Positions 34,901 to 35,949 of a stretch of DNA of 35,949 bases are shown one piece after another. The stretch is taken from positions 1-35,949 of the forward strand of contig CANRHW010000001.1 in the NCBI GenBank assembly GCA_947630525.1, in the 5' to 3' direction. Position 1 is the first letter of the stretch, and each line of letters opens with the position of its first letter. The position numbers and the translations under genes were made by a program. The stretch is from an uncultured Clostridia bacterium. GTDB taxonomy: Bacteria; Bacillota; Clostridia; UMGS1883. The notes below the pieces were generated by a model. That model made no database searches, was not told where the DNA came from, and saw only the letters and a program-made list of their open reading frames with translations.

Positions 34901-35855
34901 TGCGGTTGCCGTTCCACACCATGGTGAGGCGCACGTTTTTCGGAGCCTCGCCGTAGGCGGGGCGGTTGACGGCGCCGGTCACGGGGTCGATGGCGGCGGG
35001 ATCTTCCGACTCCCACGTAAGGCCGGTGAAATCGGGCAAATCAATGTTGCCGCGTATCTTCATACCCTCCATGGAAGCGGTCTGCTTCTGGAGATTTTCC
35101 CATATGGCGGGGCCGTTGGCGTCAACGTCGATATCCACGGTTATTTTCAGGCCCTGCATGGCCATGGCGGCGTACTGATTGTTCCACTGGCCAAGGTTGG
35201 CGCTGATGCTGCCGATACCGTTGATGGAGGCTACCGTTTCGGTGCCCACGTTTTTGCCGTTGCTGGTATATGTAACCGTCCAGCTTCCGCCGTTCTTGGC
35301 GGCGACTATCTGCATGGACGTACCGCGGAGAGCGTAAACCGCGTCTTTGCCGTCGGCATAGGTGGCCGCGCTGGAACCGCCGGCGCCGGCCGTAGCCTTA
35401 ACGCCCTGATCGTAATATACGGTGGCAAAGGTGTTGCCATCCAAGTCTTTAAAATACCATGTCTGGTAGTTATTGTCCTCATCCTGCATGGCGAAGGTGT
35501 AGTCGATGACGATTTTTTCCGCCCCGGCGCTTATTTCCCTGCCGGATATATTGGCGGTTTTGTCCTCGTCATTGCCATCCTGCCTGGCGCCGACACGCCA
35601 GAACATAAGGCCCGCCGCGCCCCAGGGGTCGGTGTTCCAGGTGCCCTTATTGCTCCACTGAGAGCTGAATACGGCGCCCTGATCGCCGGACCAGCCGTAG
35701 TTGGTCAGAGCGATGTCGCCATGCGTGCTTGTGTCGAGCATGGATGCGTCGAACAAAACATAGCTCCCCGCAGCCGCGCTGGCCGTTATGGCCATCATGG
35801 GCACACAGGCAATCACCATGGCCAGAGCAACGGCCAATGATAAAATTTTTTTCAT
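31914..35855 (-). CDS. Large secreted, wall-anchored multidomain glycoside-hydrolase-like protein with LamG-like, FN3-type, GH43-like beta-propeller and discoidin-like segments and 2x CuAO_N-type repeats
   Basis: 1313 aa. Signal peptide MKKILSLAVALAMVIACVPMMAITASA. LamG-like ...GEIRLYVNGALVS...YVDNIYVFNRALTAQDIDEY. IYYTLDGTDPTPQSTKYTGPF (chitobiase-C/FN3-associated type). Propeller-like ...QESPSVFHDGNAYYVYTSTTNGW... Discoidin-like ...YRYVKVTVEDVKN... C-terminal RTLVPLRAIFEAMGADVQWD and RTMVPVRAIAEGFGCEVNWS. RBS AAGGAGAG lies before ATG 35855. Confidence 0.85.
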   Translation of the reverse strand: MKKILSLAVALAMVIACVPMMAITASAAAGSYVLFDASMLDTSTHGDIALTNYGWSGDQGAVFSSQWSNKGTWNTDPWGAAGLMFWRVGARQDGNDEDKTANISGREISAGAEKIVIDYTFAMQDEDNNYQTWYFKDLDGNTFATVYYDQGVKATAGAGGSSAATYADGKDAVYALRGTSMQIVAAKNGGSWTVTYTSNGKNVGTETVASINGIGSISANLGQWNNQYAAMAMQGLKITVDIDVDANGPAIWENLQKQTASMEGMKIRGNIDLPDFTGLTWESEDPAAIDPVTGAVNRPAYGEAPKNVRLTMVWNGNRKDVNVTLLPTDAGDSLLASVDFDKEPYGASLSGDYVTEPSMECFGNAVKPGAGGMLINSVALSGLDSFTISYDSKTSDTDGIILADAGARFTVTDTGSVVTAAAPEGSVSAAGVGTAWKKVVVSYSAGEIRLYVNGALVSAPGGYNVAGVLSGISSLALAGTGYVDNIYVFNRALTAQDIDEYMAGYVTPVMNVSGGSENYLVDTYEPITIGHYASNYIYYTLDGTDPTPQSTKYTGPFFANGTAHVKARTIASNGTMTGIVEAWVYNQPWNATAAEYRIEGENTVNNVKIGWPMYPGAASYAVYRDNVLIGTAIGDCLDEYDLPINKNISYTVFALDSDGATIATGTTNTVMTFAIDVNDSNGYDDNVNGGWKPNEDPNRVVEPSPSGYHIGDKYYSVGLDGINKETFMSLGFTSDEDLANFDKACSVMAIRYKESDDGFNWPNDWTYAYPIFVDIRMEGKQNGLKYDGETISFSAHAEGNGFACSKLFFATFQPGKGDHQVDPFYVIPATGQIINHMDQLEQYELYDNAGTNQLSGWYVGRPFGHDSRDMVRFVDGHDLYTFSATNNNQDMMIMKLQDNWVVPAEITNIILKGQHQESPSVFHDGNAYYVYTSTTNGWFQSQARYSSSPALDQAWSPLREVANTSTFGTQANGVWGYGSDSGRVVQRGHGYNWGQSGGWRRNNYQRFFHLAINNGIATGAWCYRMEYDPYWGAIAVQSGEYVSLGKKATINGREAPELTDNLQMQASPVAEVDNLPFDIVVDLETPTVITEVNLTNDIYMGSVCASYYKAYGSNDMSNWTMIADVTDNNDDDGGFHVGWVTDTTPYRYVKVTVEDVKNIQNNNQSALWGGKPQEVAIYGKPVGHVDENVPFDSEILVGYDRKNIDFTPYGQAPVIVNDRTLVPLRAIFEAMGADVQWDDATSTATAVRGDITVSISIGSNQLYVNGAAKELDVPAQLINNRTMVPVRAIAEGFGCEVNWSDKYQRVYIEEAED

Positions 35856-35949
35856 AGCTTTCTCTCCTTTTTTAAATTATACGTACATTATATCACTATT
35901 TTTTCCGTATGTCCATACCCATTTTACATTTTTTTAATTTGTGCAATTA

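Noticed and set aside
31878-35840. 1320-aa plus-strand ORF, the longest in the track
   Set aside because: It is a codon-aligned mirror of the minus-strand 1313-aa gene. The translation is low-complexity G/V/A/H/I-rich with no recognisable domain, RBS or signal. The minus-strand product has a signal peptide and several recognisable domains.
1-35949. Screen for CRISPR arrays, tRNA/rRNA genes, integrases, transposases, phage genes and known defence-system genes
   Set aside because: I recognised no regularly spaced direct repeats, cloverleaf-like sequences, rRNA signatures or mobile-element/defence protein families. The only defence-related fold is the solitary MNT gene.

Overview
This is a 35.9-kb chromosomal segment from a fairly GC-rich, PolC-type Bacillota. 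I infer a Clostridia anaerobe of the Oscillospirales/Ruminococcaceae type from four things: copper-amine-oxidase-N (CuAO_N) wall-anchor repeats, efp followed by a CD1247-like acidic zinc-ribbon gene, glnA followed by an ANTAR regulator, and a Na+-pumping biotin decarboxylase cluster. Coding density is high and strongly strand-biased. About 26 consecutive minus-strand genes fill 1-28.6 kb. A short plus-strand block (aroQ, M24-like, efp, acidic Zn-ribbon) fills 28.7-31.4 kb. A 1313-aa secreted multidomain protein (minus) fills the rest. I recognised no rRNA, tRNA, CRISPR array, integrase or transposase. Most long plus-strand ORFs in the track are codon-aligned mirror ORFs of minus-strand genes. 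One real gene (1..2492, minus) is missing from the track because it runs off the window. The most unusual content is: (i) an operon behind a near-consensus extended -10 promoter that encodes an alpha/beta hydrolase, a D-aspartate-ligase-like ATP-grasp enzyme, an Asp racemase and an in-frame Lys-type MurE::ArgB fusion; (ii) a PolC with no proofreading exonuclease insert; (iii) a decarboxylase cluster with both a 12S-type acyl-CoA and a 5S-type oxaloacetate/pyruvate carboxyltransferase but only one biotin carrier and one Na+ pump, followed in the same co-oriented string by a translationally chained trio: a B12-binder-like lipoprotein, an ECF S component and a tandem-module PBP5-like protein; (iv) a ~100-nt structured direct repeat bracketing an ECF sigma/anti-sigma cassette; (v) an M24 'aminopeptidase' next to efp with three of five metal ligands replaced; (vi) a frameshifted dapL, an orphan MNT nucleotidyltransferase and an orphan PqqD-like gene.
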